IMG/VR virus record: IMGVR_UViG_3300026320_000001
Location: 1-64,000 of that record
DNA: 64,000 nucleotides
Reading direction: 5' to 3' (one strand)
Origin: a virus
Shown: piece after piece, positions 33,581 through 46,188 of the stretch
Layout: every line of letters begins with the position of its first letter
Position numbering within the stretch: the stretch's first letter is position 1
The notes under the pieces: generated by a model
What the model saw: the letters and a program-made list of their open reading frames with translations, nothing else
Database searches by the model: none
Told to the model about the DNA's origin: nothing
Program-made: the position numbers and the translations under genes

Positions 33581-34700
33581 TATAGAAAAAATAATAAAAT
33601 TTTTAAATATAAAAAATTATATTTTCATTGATAATTACCATAAAAATAATCAAATAAGAGTTATTATCCAAGACAAACTTGGCTATAAATATGATGTTCA
33701 ATTTGGAAATTTAAGTGTTCAAAAGCCAAAAATTGTCCATAAATTCAATCCCTTTAGTTTAGAAAATATAGGAATATGGATAAAGATAAATAAAAAGAAT
33801 TTTTTATTATTGAAAAATAATATTTATCTAAATGCCAATGAAAAGTTAAGATTTAAATGTTTGGATAATAAATGTAAAGAAATTTTTTTCGCAAGTTGGC
33901 ATTCAATTTTTAGTGGTAGAGGATGCACATTTTGTTCTGGTTTTGAAGTTGGCAGACATAATAATTTAGAATATTTATTTCCTGAAATTGCAAAAGAATG
34001 GGATAAATCAAATTTTATAAAAGCATTTGAAATTACCTGTGGTTCAACAGAAAATATTTTATGGAAATGTAAAAAATGTGGTTATAAGTGGAATGCTTCT
34101 CCGAATCAAAGAACTTATTATAAAACGGGTTGTCCTTCTTGTTCTGGATTAATTGTTTCGGATAGTAATAGATTGTCTATTTTATTTCCAGAAATATCAA
34201 AGGAATGGCATCCAATAAAAAATGGGAATTTGACTCCAAATGATATTAGTTATGGAAGCAATAAGAAATTTTGGTGGCTATGCCCAAAAGGACATGAATA
34301 TTATTCTGCTGTTAATAATAGAATAAATGGAAGGAATTGTAAAAAATGCAAAATTAAAAAAGGTGAAAAAGAAATTATTAAAATTCTTGATATTTATAAT
34401 GTAAAATATAAATTTCAATGTAATGATTTTAAAGATTGCAGAGACAAAATTGTTTTATATTTTGATTTTTATTTACCTGACTATAATATTTGTATTGAAT
34501 ATCAGGGAATTCAACATTATGAACCAATTGATTTTGCTGGTCGCGGTAAGAAATGGGCAAAAGAAGAATTTAAGAAAAATAAAAGAAGAGATAAAATCAA
34601 GATAAAATATTGTCAGAAAAATAATATTAAATTGATTATTATACCTTATTGGAATTTTGATGAAATTGAAAATATTTTAAAAAGGAATTTGAAAATATGA
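33570..34700 (+). CDS. Zinc-ribbon repeat protein with C-terminal PD-(D/E)XK-like endonuclease (probable homing endonuclease)
   Basis: Repeated FPEIxKEW...WxC...GCPxC; FDFYLP...IEYQGIQHY. Confidence 0.75.
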   Translation: MENNIEKIIKFLNIKNYIFIDNYHKNNQIRVIIQDKLGYKYDVQFGNLSVQKPKIVHKFNPFSLENIGIWIKINKKNFLLLKNNIYLNANEKLRFKCLDNKCKEIFFASWHSIFSGRGCTFCSGFEVGRHNNLEYLFPEIAKEWDKSNFIKAFEITCGSTENILWKCKKCGYKWNASPNQRTYYKTGCPSCSGLIVSDSNRLSILFPEISKEWHPIKNGNLTPNDISYGSNKKFWWLCPKGHEYYSAVNNRINGRNCKKCKIKKGEKEIIKILDIYNVKYKFQCNDFKDCRDKIVLYFDFYLPDYNICIEYQGIQHYEPIDFAGRGKKWAKEEFKKNKRRDKIKIKYCQKNNIKLIIIPYWNFDEIENILKRNLKI

Positions 34701-35082
34701 ATGTTTATCATGTCAAAATAAATATAATCATATTAATAATGTGTACAATTCTAGTCTTTTTTGTTGACAATCTATATCATAAACATTATTTAGATTGTGC
34801 ATATAACTTAATGGGTGTTTTGGGATTACTTATAATGTATAATCTAACAAAAGGAAAATAAATGGAGGTAGCAATGAATAGAGAAACTGTTAAATTTCAC
34901 TTGGAAAATATTAGAAATAATAAAAGTAAAGATGGTCACATTCAAGATTTAAAATTAGAGATTAGTTCATTGCGAATTATGGCCTTTAAATATAAAGGAA
35001 GTGGTTTGGCTAAGGTTGCAGAAAAAAGAGCAAACGATATTGAAAAGGAATTAACATTAGCTATTTTGGACGCAAAAAGAAA

Positions 35083-35604
35083 ATGAATTATAATCCAAAA
35101 AATCAAGGTGGTCTTGATAGTTTATGTTCAGTATATAGTATTATCAATGCTTATGGAATAACGATGAATGCCACCGATAATGAACAACAAAAATTATTTA
35201 ATGATATTATTGCATATCTTTCTAAAAAAAGAATTTTGAAAGACGTAATTATTGGTGGTGTTTATCATAAGCATATGGTAATGATGTTGGAAGATGTTGT
35301 TGGAGATAGAATACCAGTAAAAAATCTAATATGGAAAAGTTTTCCAACACCAACAAAAAGAATTTTCTGGAATTCAATTGTAGAACATTTATCAAATGAA
35401 AATAATGCTGTAATTTTAAGTATGGGTGGTAGGCGTGACCATCTATCATCAGCATATCAAGCAACAGATAAATCAATAAAATTATTGGATTCTAATGGAA
35501 TGAAATCAATTAGATATAAAGATTCAACTACTGATACAAGTGTTCACACAATAAAAAAATTCATGCTTTATCCAAGTCAATGTTGGTTTTTATCTAAGGA
35601 ATAA
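35083..35604 (+). CDS. Putative papain-like cysteine peptidase
   Basis: QGGLDSLC...NA, H, LLDS arrangement consistent with a Cys-His-Asp triad. Confidence 0.45.
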   Translation: MNYNPKNQGGLDSLCSVYSIINAYGITMNATDNEQQKLFNDIIAYLSKKRILKDVIIGGVYHKHMVMMLEDVVGDRIPVKNLIWKSFPTPTKRIFWNSIVEHLSNENNAVILSMGGRRDHLSSAYQATDKSIKLLDSNGMKSIRYKDSTTDTSVHTIKKFMLYPSQCWFLSKE

Positions 35605-35605
35605 A

Positions 35606-36496
35606 ATGAAAAATTTAAAAATAATTTTTGAAACTAAAGCAGGTTCACATCTTTATGGAACAAACACTATATCTAGCGATATGGATTATCGTGGTGTTGG
35701 CGTTGTTCCAATTAAAGATATGCTTGACCCCTTCCAAGAATTCAATCAATTTGAAGATAATGAATCTGATGATAGAATTATTTATGGATTGAAAAAATTT
35801 ATGAAATTGGCAAGCGATATGAACCCCAATGTTTGTGAATTGTTATATGCAAACGAAAATTCTATTATTAAATTAACAAAACAAGGTAAAATTCTTTTAG
35901 ATAATAGAAACTTATTTCTATCACAACTTGCACGAAAAACATTTTTTGGATATGCAGTTGCACAATTGAAAAGAATTGAATTACATAAGAATTATCTTTT
36001 AAATCCTCCAAAAAATAAACCTAATCGTGAAGATTATGGTTTGCCAGCTATGCCAAATTTTGGATTGGAAAAAATTGTCAACATGATTCATTCTCCACAA
36101 GAAACTATTGCACCTGAATGGCGTGAATATGCATTAAAAGAAAAATCATATCGTGATGCTTCAGACAATTATCAAAAATATGAACAGTGGAAAAATAATA
36201 GAAATCCAAAACGTGCATTACTAGAAGAAAAATGGGGGTATGATTTAAAGCATTCTAATCATTTATATAGACTTTTGACTGAAGGAAGAGAATTATTAGA
36301 AACAGGAAATATTGTATTTCCTTTAAGAAATGTTGATAAATTAAAATTTATTTTAAATGGTGGTATGACTTACAATGATTTGATGGAAGAAGTAAATGAA
36401 TTAAATAAACTTTTTGAAAATTGTAAATCTAATTTACCAAATAAACCAAATATCAATAAATTAAAAGAATTATATTATAAAATTCTAGGAATATAA
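35606..36496 (+). CDS. Pol-beta-superfamily nucleotidyltransferase (RlaP/YcgL-like)
   Basis: GSHLYGTNTISSDMDYRG, NPN, YDLKH..HLYRLL. Confidence 0.82.
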   Translation: MKNLKIIFETKAGSHLYGTNTISSDMDYRGVGVVPIKDMLDPFQEFNQFEDNESDDRIIYGLKKFMKLASDMNPNVCELLYANENSIIKLTKQGKILLDNRNLFLSQLARKTFFGYAVAQLKRIELHKNYLLNPPKNKPNREDYGLPAMPNFGLEKIVNMIHSPQETIAPEWREYALKEKSYRDASDNYQKYEQWKNNRNPKRALLEEKWGYDLKHSNHLYRLLTEGRELLETGNIVFPLRNVDKLKFILNGGMTYNDLMEEVNELNKLFENCKSNLPNKPNINKLKELYYKILGI

Positions 36497-37470
36497 AATG
36501 GAAAGAGAAAAAACAAAATTTGTTATACAGGTTAATGGTTATGGCACATTTGAATTTATTGGCAATCTTGAACAAGCAAAATCTTTGCGTGAAAATAAAG
36601 CAAGATGGGAAAAGGCAGTTGCTCATTTGTGGGATGCTCTTCAAGAATGCCAAAAATGTAATCACTTAAACTGGTGGCAATCATCAAAATGTGATTTTTG
36701 TGATGCAGAAATGGGCGACCCAATTTTAATTTGGTAATTCATAAAACATAATTTTATTTAGGAATATAAAATGGAAAAATCTACAAAAACTATTGATGTT
36801 TATAAAACAAAAACCGTGAAAAAGAAAACGGGAGAAAAACAAGTTGAAATTTTTACAGCCAGAGATGGTCGTGAATTTACAACAGAATCAGGTTGTCTAA
36901 AACATGAAACAGAATTAAATAGAATTGATAAATTTAATTCTATTAAAAAGATACAGGACGGTAGCACTTATAGATTTCCTGAAACATGGTATTTTATATC
37001 AGATGAAGAAGAACTTGAAATGATTAAAAATATGGTTGGTTTTTATGATAATTATAATTATGTTCATATTAATGATGAAGATAAAAATAAAGATAGTGAT
37101 ATATTAAAAATTGGTGATTGGATTGGTTCATATAATTTTGATGGTGGAGATTATAGAGGAGATGTATATATTTATACTTTAGAATATCTTTCAAAAAAAT
37201 TTATGAAAATATTAAAAGAAGCAAAATTGATGAAAGTATAATTTTATCAACTAGGAGAAAAAATGAAGGAAATATTTATAATAGATAGTTCAAATAATAC
37301 TGAAGTTGTTGGTATCAATGTCAATGATATTAAAGAAGTTTCATTAATGATTGATATGTTTATTGGTCATGGTTTTGAATATAATAATTTATCTTATGAA
37401 TATAGCCATACTATTATGAAAAATTATGGTTGTGATATTTATGTTACAAAAAAAAGAAAAAGAGAATAGA

Positions 37471-37950
37471 ATGAATTTAGAATTACGAATGTATTTTTTC
37501 GTCCCTTACAATATTTCAGAAATTCAAAAAGGAATACAGGCTGGTCATGCGGCTTTAGAATATGCTTATAAATATGGTCAAACAGAATTATATCAGGATT
37601 TCATTAAAAATCATAAAACTTTTATTATCTTGAATGGTGGAACAACAAGAGATATAATTAATGATGAAGATGATGGTGGAACACTTCAATCCATTCAAAG
37701 ATTGCTTGGCATCAATAAAATTGAACATTCATCTTTTAAAGAACCTGATTTAAATTATGCTACTACAGCACTTTGTTTTATCGCAGATGAAAGAGTTTTT
37801 AATAAAGAAAAATATCCTGATTGGATTCCCGGAGAAAAATGGATTAATATAGATATGCATATTTGGAATTATGATGAATGGATTAATTTTATTGGTGGAG
37901 AAAAAAATCTTTTTCTTAGAGAATTGTTGAAAGATAAAAGGTTGGCCTAA
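37471..37950 (+). CDS. Peptidyl-tRNA hydrolase type 2-like protein
   Basis: RMYFFV..ISEIQKGIQAGHA, KTFIIL, FKEPDL...TA. Confidence 0.7.
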   Translation: MNLELRMYFFVPYNISEIQKGIQAGHAALEYAYKYGQTELYQDFIKNHKTFIILNGGTTRDIINDEDDGGTLQSIQRLLGINKIEHSSFKEPDLNYATTALCFIADERVFNKEKYPDWIPGEKWINIDMHIWNYDEWINFIGGEKNLFLRELLKDKRLA

Positions 37951-40308
37951 TGAAAATATTTGATGGATTATTTTTAACAAATATGATTGGTTTTCAAGGT
38001 GAAAATATTTTTGAAATAAAAACAAAAGATAAACATTATCTTATTGTTTATACAAATAATTGGGACAAACTTATAAAAGATGGTCATATTGAATTCGATG
38101 ATTATCCCACATCTTTACTTGGTTTTCCGGTAAATACTTTCCAATTATACACTGGAATTCCAGTTATTGAAAATGATGAATTGTTATTGGAAATATTAAA
38201 AGAAATATTCCCAATTAAACCAGTGGAATTCAGATATGCTTAGAATAAAAATTGAATTAATTCCTTTTGGTATTTTGCCTGTAAAAAATAGTTGGAATGC
38301 TGAAATATGGAATGATGCAACAGGTGATAGGTCTATTGGAAATTATCAATTTAAAATATTTAGAAAAAATTCAAATTCAACCATTTGGAAAGGCGGAGAA
38401 ATAAAGAATTTTCAAAGACTCCGATGGAATGTCTGGTATTTATTATATCTCTGTTTAAAAAATGTTTACGATGATTAGGAGTAATTTAAATGAAAATTAA
38501 ATTCAATATAGAATGTGAAATGGAAACAAGATGGATTCCATATTTTTTAGCAATGCTTGCTCATATGGAATTTTTAGGAAAAATTGGTTCAAGTAAACTT
38601 GTTACATTATATTCAGATGGTGATGGTGATTTTAGACCATCATTTATTTGGGATACTAATTTGCCAGAACCAACTCTCAATTACGAAGTTGATGAACATG
38701 GTAATACAATTTTTGATGCAGGTTAAAAATTTATAAAGGATAATCATGTGGCAAATAAAACAAAAAATATTTGAAAAAGGTCGTGGCGATTGTGTTAAAT
38801 GTTGTATCTGTTCTTTATTTGAACTAGATTATGATATTGTTCCAAATTTTATAGAAGAAGAAAATAATGATTGGTTATTGGGATTATATAAATTTCTCGA
38901 ACCTTATAACCTAGAACCAATTTATATAAAATATCCACATCCTCTTTATCAAGGAATTGATTATATTGCAACAGGTAAAAGTCCTCGTTCTAATAATAAT
39001 TATAAAACAAATCATGCAGTTATTTATCATGCAAGAAATATGATTTTTGACCCACATCCTGATAATTTAGGAATTGGAATTTTTGAAAATATTATATTGT
39101 TTCATCCAATTTCATTAAATAAATCTTTGAGGAATATAAATGAAAAATAAAAAGAAAGAAATATATTTAATAGTAATATTATCACCATTTGGACTTAGAC
39201 AGGTCACATTTAAATTGGTGGATGAAAAGCCAGAACCATTTCATTATACAAAAGGAGAGGGCAGTTGTATGATTTTTAAATTAGTTGATGGAGATTTTTC
39301 AACAAATTTTAATAAAGCCATCGAAAATGGAACAATTATGAATGAGTTTGGTAATTTTTCAATTGATACCGATTTGTCAAATATTCCTGAAAAGAAAAAG
39401 AAATTTGATAAAGAAGTTGAAAAAATGAAAAAAGAAAATAAATGGAGTTAATAATGCAAATATCATTAAGAAATTTATATTTTATTATCAAAGAACAATA
39501 TATTCATGATGGATTAACGGGATTTCCAGATATGGCATTTACATCCATAACCGAAGCGATGAGAGCATGTCCTAGAGATTGTAAAGTTATGAATTATGAA
39601 CAAATTTTATTAGAAATATCTCGAAATATAAAGGAAATTGAAAAATGAATAAATATTTTAATAGAATTAAATGTTTAACTTTTCACAGAAAGTATCATCT
39701 TAGTAGTTTTCCAATGGAGTTCTCTCTTTTACAAGAAAAAGATTGTTTAAAATGTGGCTTACATTGGGATGACCAAATGGGAAAATTGACCTATTATGAA
39801 ACAGATGACTATGATGGTATTCCTGTTCAGTATTCAATAATATTGAAACAAATTAGAGGAAAAATATAAATGAATAAAATAGAAGAAGAATTTTTATCAA
39901 GCTTGAAAGCATTATGTGTTAGATATAATGTTGAAGTTAAGTATATTGATTATGATAAAGTTTATTATTTTCATGGAATTAATCTTCAAGATTCAGAAGA
40001 TGATTTCTTTGTGAGTATAGATGATATTATAGAATTTATGGATAAATAAACCATATGAAACAAAAAAAAACTTGTAAACATAATGGCAAAATATTAATTA
40101 CAAAATATTTTAAAACATCAACTCAAATTTCCATTGAAAATAATGAACACGAAGAATTTTATGATGAAGATTATCATGAAGGAAAATATTATAAGGTTGA
40201 AGGATATTGTTGTCAATGTAAAAAAAATTGGTCTGCAAAAAGTATTTCAAAACTTCCAAAATTTTTTGAAAATAGATTGGAAGAATCATCTTACTAGAGG
40301 TTTATAAT

Positions 40309-40758
40309 ATGGACATTGGAAGTGGTAAAGGATTTCCAGCATCAAATTTATCTAATTTTTCACCACACCCTTTTGAAATTGATGGTGTTATGTGTAATAG
40401 CATGGAGGGATTTCTTCAATCTTTAAAATTTAAAGATGTTGCCATGCAAGAATATGTTTGCACATTAGTTGGATTAAAGGCAAAATTTAAAGGCAAAGAT
40501 AAAAAATGGTGGAAGACTCAAACTCTCTGGTGGAGAGGTGTTGAAATTGATAGGCATTCAAATGAATATCAATTACTTTTAGATAGAGCATATAATGAAT
40601 TGTCCAAAAATGAATCTTTCAAAAGAGCATTGTTGGCAACAGGAAATTCATCTTTGAAACATTCCATTGGAAAAAATGATGCTCATAAAACCATTTTGAC
40701 TGTGAATGAATTTTGCGGTAGATTATTAAAAATCAGAGAAGGATTGAAAAATGAATGA
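40309..40758 (+). CDS. Phage NADAR-family protein (T4 gp30.3-like)
   Basis: LSNFSPHPFEIDG..MEGFLQSLK...TLWW.G...ALLATG...HSIG...TILT..EF. Confidence 0.8.
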   Translation: MDIGSGKGFPASNLSNFSPHPFEIDGVMCNSMEGFLQSLKFKDVAMQEYVCTLVGLKAKFKGKDKKWWKTQTLWWRGVEIDRHSNEYQLLLDRAYNELSKNESFKRALLATGNSSLKHSIGKNDAHKTILTVNEFCGRLLKIREGLKNE

Positions 40759-41909
40759 AAATATAGTTAAAATTTTTTGTGATTTATCGGATTATAAACT
40801 TCCAAGAAATGAAAAAAATCTTGATAAGATTAATTTTGAACTTAAAATTGGACAAAAAATTTATTGGTATTATAAAGAAGATTTAGAATTTTTTGAAAAT
40901 GAAGGTGAAGATATAAAAGAAAATCTTGATTATATTTTTAGTGGAATAATTATTCCTATTCCCGGAACGGATAGTAATGCAGAACTTTATATCGAAAACT
41001 GTATTTTAGTTATTACCGATTATCCTACAGAAAAACAATCTCCAGAGATTGATTGGGTATCATTAAACAGATTATTGGACAACGATAGTTTGATTGAAGT
41101 ATTTACTAATGAATAAAAGGATGCTTTTATGAATAAATATAAAAATTTTATAAAAACAATGCCTAATAATACTAAATTATTAGATGTTGTAAAATATTTA
41201 GATGAAGTTGGATTGAAAGGATGGATTCTTTCTGTTGTTATAGTTGGTGATACTGAATCTATTTATTTTTTTCATAGAAAGATTGAAAATGAATAAATAT
41301 AAATGTTCTTGTGGTTGTATTTGGTATGCTAATGAATTCAATTCGGAATGTGAAGATAGTACAGATGATTATACAGGTGCAAGAAATCATATTGTAAAAA
41401 AAACTAAAGCTTTGTTCTCAGAAGATTATATAATATTTTGGGAATCTAATTTAGAAAATGCAAATCGTTATTCTATGTCAAATATGCCAAAAGAAATTTT
41501 AAAAATATTAAATAAAAATATAGAAGACCATAACATTATTAAAAACATTATGAAAGATTGTTATCACAAAGGAATTGGTGTATGAATAATAATTATTGTC
41601 CAATGCATGAAGGTAAAATAGTTCTTCTAAAACTTATGCCAGAATATTCTTCAAGCGGTATTTGGTGTGAATGTGGCCTTAGTTTCGGAAATCCTGAAAT
41701 ATTAGATTTATCAAAAGGATTGATTGATTTAGTTGAGGGCTGGAATTTAATGTGGGAAATGGCGCAAGATGATAAAAATTTAAATAAAGAATATTTTGAA
41801 AGAATATTTGTTGATATGGGCAATGAACTTTGTTCACAAGTTAGTAAAATTATTCCATGTTATTTTGACTCAAATATTATAAATGAAAAATGGTTTTGGG
41901 ATGAAAAAA

Positions 41910-42500
41910 ATGAATATTAATCAACAAAAAGAAATCACTAATGAAGTAATGGAACAAATATTTCCAATAGATTTATATAGTATTGTTGCTGGTGGCGCAC
42001 CTAGAGACTGGTATTTCCATCGTGAAGCTTCAGATATTGATATATTTCTTCATCGTCCAGATTTACAAACATCTTGGAGTTTCGTTGAAACATTTAAATC
42101 TATTGGATTATCAGTATCACAACTTGGAAGCAATTTAACAAATCATCCAATATATGCTAAAAATATGTTGATTGATAAAGTGTTTGAATGTGAATATAAA
42201 AAATTAAAATTTCAATTTATTAATATGAAAGAAAAAACATTCACATCGGTTGTTCCACAATTTCCATTAACTATTTGTAAAGCTTGGTATAAAAATGGAG
42301 AAATAAATACTTATCCTGATTTTGATGCCACCGTAAAAAATAATGTCATAGTAAAAGTAAATGATTTATATGCAGATGGAGATAAGTATATAGAAAAAAT
42401 AAGAAATAAATTTCCTTATTTTCAATATTTTGATAGTTATGAATCTTATGGAAAATATGCTTTGAATCATATTGATTATCATAATAATATACCATTTTAA
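41910..42500 (+). CDS. Nucleotidyltransferase with poly(A) polymerase/CCA head-like motif
   Basis: VAGGAPRDW...SDIDIF; lacks RRD and EDxxR motifs. Confidence 0.65.
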   Translation: MNINQQKEITNEVMEQIFPIDLYSIVAGGAPRDWYFHREASDIDIFLHRPDLQTSWSFVETFKSIGLSVSQLGSNLTNHPIYAKNMLIDKVFECEYKKLKFQFINMKEKTFTSVVPQFPLTICKAWYKNGEINTYPDFDATVKNNVIVKVNDLYADGDKYIEKIRNKFPYFQYFDSYESYGKYALNHIDYHNNIPF

Positions 42501-42511
42501 AGGAAATAGAT

Positions 42512-42853
42512 ATGGCTATTTATGTAAAAAATGAAAAGAAAGATGGAGACAAATCTTTTCCGGGTAGAATGGTATATATCGGAAGACCATCAATACTTGG
42601 AAATCCATATTCTCATTTGTCAAATACTTTGGCTGAATTCAAGGTAAAAAATAGAAAAGAAGCCATTGACAAATATAAGGAAATGTTTTATAATAGGATA
42701 TTGTACGATGTTGAATTTAGAACGGCAATTGATTCTATTGTAAAAGATGCTTTTATTGGTCATAATATTTATTTGTTCTGCTGGTGTAAACCATTTGCTT
42801 GTCATGGTGATATTATAAAAGAATATATTGAAAGTAAATTGAGGAATAAATGA
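42512..42853 (+). CDS. DUF4326 family protein
   Basis: VYIGRPSILGNPY...LFCWCKPFACHGD. Confidence 0.82.
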   Translation: MAIYVKNEKKDGDKSFPGRMVYIGRPSILGNPYSHLSNTLAEFKVKNRKEAIDKYKEMFYNRILYDVEFRTAIDSIVKDAFIGHNIYLFCWCKPFACHGDIIKEYIESKLRNK

Positions 42854-43422
42854 CCATATTTTTTACGGCTGATACACATTTTGGACATAAGAATATCATA
42901 AAACTTTGTAATCGTCCATTCAATGATGTTGACGAGATGAATAGAGAAATGATTTCAAGATGGAATTCCAAAGTTACAAAAAATGATATTATCTATCATT
43001 TGGGAGATTTTTCTTTTGGTGGATGGAATTTTGCATCATCTATATTTCAACAGCTTCATGGCTCAACTATGGTATTGCAAGGTAATCATGATGATTGGTA
43101 TAGAAATGCTACCAATATCAATGTTCACACAATACCAAATTTGAGTGAAATCAACATTCCTGAATTAAAAATTGATGGTCATGAACAAAAAATAATTTTA
43201 TGTCATTATCCAATGCGTTCATGGAATAAATCTTTTCATGGTTCATGGCATTTATTTGGTCATGTTCATGGAACTTTAGAACCATATGGACTTTCATTTG
43301 ATTGTGGTGTAGATACCAATAATTTTTATCCTTATTCTTTGAATGATGTAAAAGATAAAATGATTATTTTACAATCTGAGATAGATAACAATAAAAAGGA
43401 TTATCATGTGCCTATTGTGTAA
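42850..43422 (+). CDS. Calcineurin-like metallophosphoesterase
   Basis: DTH, GD, GNHD, H, GHVH motifs. Confidence 0.9.
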   Translation: MTIFFTADTHFGHKNIIKLCNRPFNDVDEMNREMISRWNSKVTKNDIIYHLGDFSFGGWNFASSIFQQLHGSTMVLQGNHDDWYRNATNINVHTIPNLSEINIPELKIDGHEQKIILCHYPMRSWNKSFHGSWHLFGHVHGTLEPYGLSFDCGVDTNNFYPYSLNDVKDKMIILQSEIDNNKKDYHVPIV

Positions 43423-44776
43423 CACCGATGAACCAACCAGATATTTTGATTTATATATAGTTGGAAGTGAAGGTCTAAATGTTTGCCATGATTGTGAAAT
43501 GAAAATTGTTGAATTTTGCAGAGATTTGAAAAGTGAAAATTCTTCTAAATTATTGAAGAAGGCAAAAAATGATAAATATTGGAAAGAAATTGGGTGGAAA
43601 AAATTTGGAATTGATTTGGATTGGAATGATTTAATTGGTGAACGAATTTTGGTACAAATGAGTCCATATGCCACCGAAGCATTGGATAGAATTGTTGAAA
43701 GAGTTCATCTTGATTTTGTATATTTTAAATATGATAATAACGGTTATGCAAAATTATCATTGAAACTTATACGAATTCATCGAAGTGATAAATTTTTTTA
43801 TGGATATAATTGGTAATAAATGGAGAATAAAAATTGAAAATAGTTGAAAAAGAAAATATAGAAATAGAAAAGTTGATTGCTATTCAATGCGATAAATGTA
43901 AGGTTAGATATAATGATGTAATGGAAACTCAAGAATTTTTATTTATAAATTTTGTTGGTGGGTATAATTCTATTTTTGGAGATGGAGATAAAATTGAAGG
44001 TGATATTTGTCAACATTGTTTCAAAGAAGTTCTAGGAGAATATCTTACAGTAACTTCAGATGATTGAAATCATAAATAAAAAAATTGTTTTATTAATAGG
44101 AGAAAAAACATATGATTATAAATATTCCAGAAAAAATAGAGTATGATATTAACAATAGAGAAGCATATCTTCAATGGAAATCTGATTGCTGGAGAAATGT
44201 GGCAATTTCCCTAAAAGAATCTATTGAAAATAAAAATTCAGATAGTATTCAGAACTCTCTTGATATGTTTGAAACTGTAAAAACTATGTTTCCTTATGTT
44301 GAAATTTAGTTTATAAAATGGAGGTTTCATGAATGACTTGCAAATTGCCTTAACTCATTATAATAAGAAACATGAAAAAGAATTTGAAGATTATGGAAAT
44401 TGCCATATTGAAATATATGAGAATTGTTCTATGATTAGACATGAATATATATATTTAGATAAGATTTTTAGAAAAGAATTTTCAATGATTAATGGTGTCA
44501 ATGGACTATTAAATTATTTATTAAACAATTAATAAAGGAAAACATATGACAACTAAAAGACGTTTTTTCTATCATTATAATAAGCCATATTCACAAAAAA
44601 TGGGTGAGACTTATTGGAGTGTTCATTTTAAAGATGTTTGTTATTTTGTCAAGGGAATTGATTGTCGTGTTCCAACACAAAGCAAAAATCAAAAAATACA
44701 ACCTCGTGCTATTATGATTGGGTTTGCCAATAAGGTTGAACTTCAAAATAATATAGCAATTATTAGTTGAAAAACC

Positions 44777-44805
44777 TTGACAAAATTGAAAAAGTGTGGT
44801 AATAT
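44777..44805 (+). promoter_or_regulatory. sigma70-type promoter at start of ncRNA/tRNA cluster
   Basis: TTGACA-17bp-TAATAT with extended TG. Confidence 0.72.
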
Positions 44806-44810
44806 TATTT

Positions 44811-44987
44811 ATATATTGGTTGTGAAATTGGCACAATAAATTCGTGGGTGTATGGTCTACGATAATTGAATGTTGACTACATTCTCTGAAAAGGTTGTCA
44901 TCCAGTCAACAAATTTGTTTTCGTTGGATGGTGCAGAAATGCAGTTATCGCACAACATGACAAATAGGAAAAGGTTAGCCAATATAT
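44811..44987 (+). ncRNA. Candidate structured ncRNA (~175 nt)
   Basis: Starts just after promoter; ATATATTGGTT pairs with AGCCAATATAT; several internal helices; no ORF. Confidence 0.55.
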
Positions 44988-45063
44988 AATAAATTATCGT
45001 CTTACATATTATTTATTTCTCAATAATGAAATCAATAACACAAGCCGATAATTTATATAAAAT

Positions 45064-45145
45064 GAGAATATGATGGAATGCAGACATGCCAACCTTAGAA
45101 GTTGGTGCTAGAAATAGCATACTGGTTCAAATCCAGTTATTCTCA
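45064..45145 (+). tRNA. tRNA-Leu(TAG)
   Basis: GAGAATA/TATTCTC acceptor, CCAAC-CTTAGAA-GTTGG, long V arm, TTCAAAT T loop. Confidence 0.9.
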
Positions 45146-45149
45146 CTAT

Positions 45150-45224
45150 GCTGATATGAAGGGAATTGGCATACCTATTTCGCTTAAAACGAAATGTTTA
45201 CAGGTTCGACTCCTGTTATCAGCA
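45150..45224 (+). tRNA. tRNA-Leu(TAA), short variable loop
   Basis: GCTGATA/TATCAGC, TTTCG-CTTAAAA-CGAAA, TTCGACT. Confidence 0.88.
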
Positions 45225-45238
45225 CAAACAATCACTAT

Positions 45239-45324
45239 GTTCATGTGGCTGGAATTTGGTAGACGCGGCAGTTTCAAAAACTGTTATCTGAAAAGATGTG
45301 TGAGTTCGATTCTCTCCATGAACA
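45239..45324 (+). tRNA. tRNA-Leu(CAA)
   Basis: GTTCATG/CATGAAC, GCAGT-TTCAAAA-ACTGT, long V arm. Confidence 0.88.
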
Positions 45325-45328
45325 CTAT

Positions 45329-45400
45329 GTCCCATTATTTCAATGGATAGAATAAAACGCTACGAACGTTTTGGTGCGAGTTCGACTCTTGCATGGGACT
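45329..45400 (+). tRNA. tRNA-Arg(ACG)
   Basis: GTCCCAT/ATGGGAC, AAACG-CTACGAA-CGTTT. Confidence 0.9.
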
Positions 45401-46094
45401 CAAAAATTAAATGAAAAGGATGTTTTATGAATAAATTTTGGTGTATATTTAGAATATTTTTTAAGAATACACTAGGAGAACTTTATGCTATTATGATAGG
45501 TGTGCCATTAGTTATAATAGTTTTTTTATTGATTTCTCATTGGATAAGTAATTATGGAATTTATATAAAATCTTTTCTTTATAATATTCTTTATCAAATT
45601 TGTTTATTTTTATATTTATATAAAGATTTTATTATTTATTTTCTATTTTCAATTTTCAATTTATTTTATATTTATGGATTTTATTCTGCATTGAAATATC
45701 AATGGAATAAAGCCAAAAAAGAATACAGTGGTATATTATGAGATTTCAAATTGCACAAAAAGGTGAAAAAAGAGATGTGGAAGGATTTCTTTGGCTTCCA
45801 AGAGGCTTTGATGGCAATGAAATAAGATGGTTAGAACATGCTAAATGGAGAGAATATTATGATGGTATTAATTGGATATTTTACTATTGGAATGATTAAA
45901 CGCAGTTAATAAAGGAAATATTTTATTAATAAAAAAATAGAGTTGGGCATATTCGTATGGATTGTAGTAAGTTTATTGTATTTTATAATTCTAGGATTTA
46001 CTTTACGTCATATAATGTTACTATCATTTGGCTTTATTTATGGGATTTTAAAAATAATTTCATCAATTGATGAAACGTGAATTTTATCAATAAT

Positions 46095-46175
46095 GAGTTT
46101 GTAGCCTATTGGGATGGCATCTGCCTCTTAAGCAGACAGAGTAATCTAGAACAGGTTCGATTCCTGTCAGACTCA
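46095..46175 (+). tRNA. tRNA-Lys(CTT) with long variable arm
   Basis: GAGTTTG/CAGACTC, TCTGC-CTCTTAA-GCAGA, 14-nt V region. Confidence 0.85.
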
Positions 46176-46188
46176 CAGAAATAAAAAT

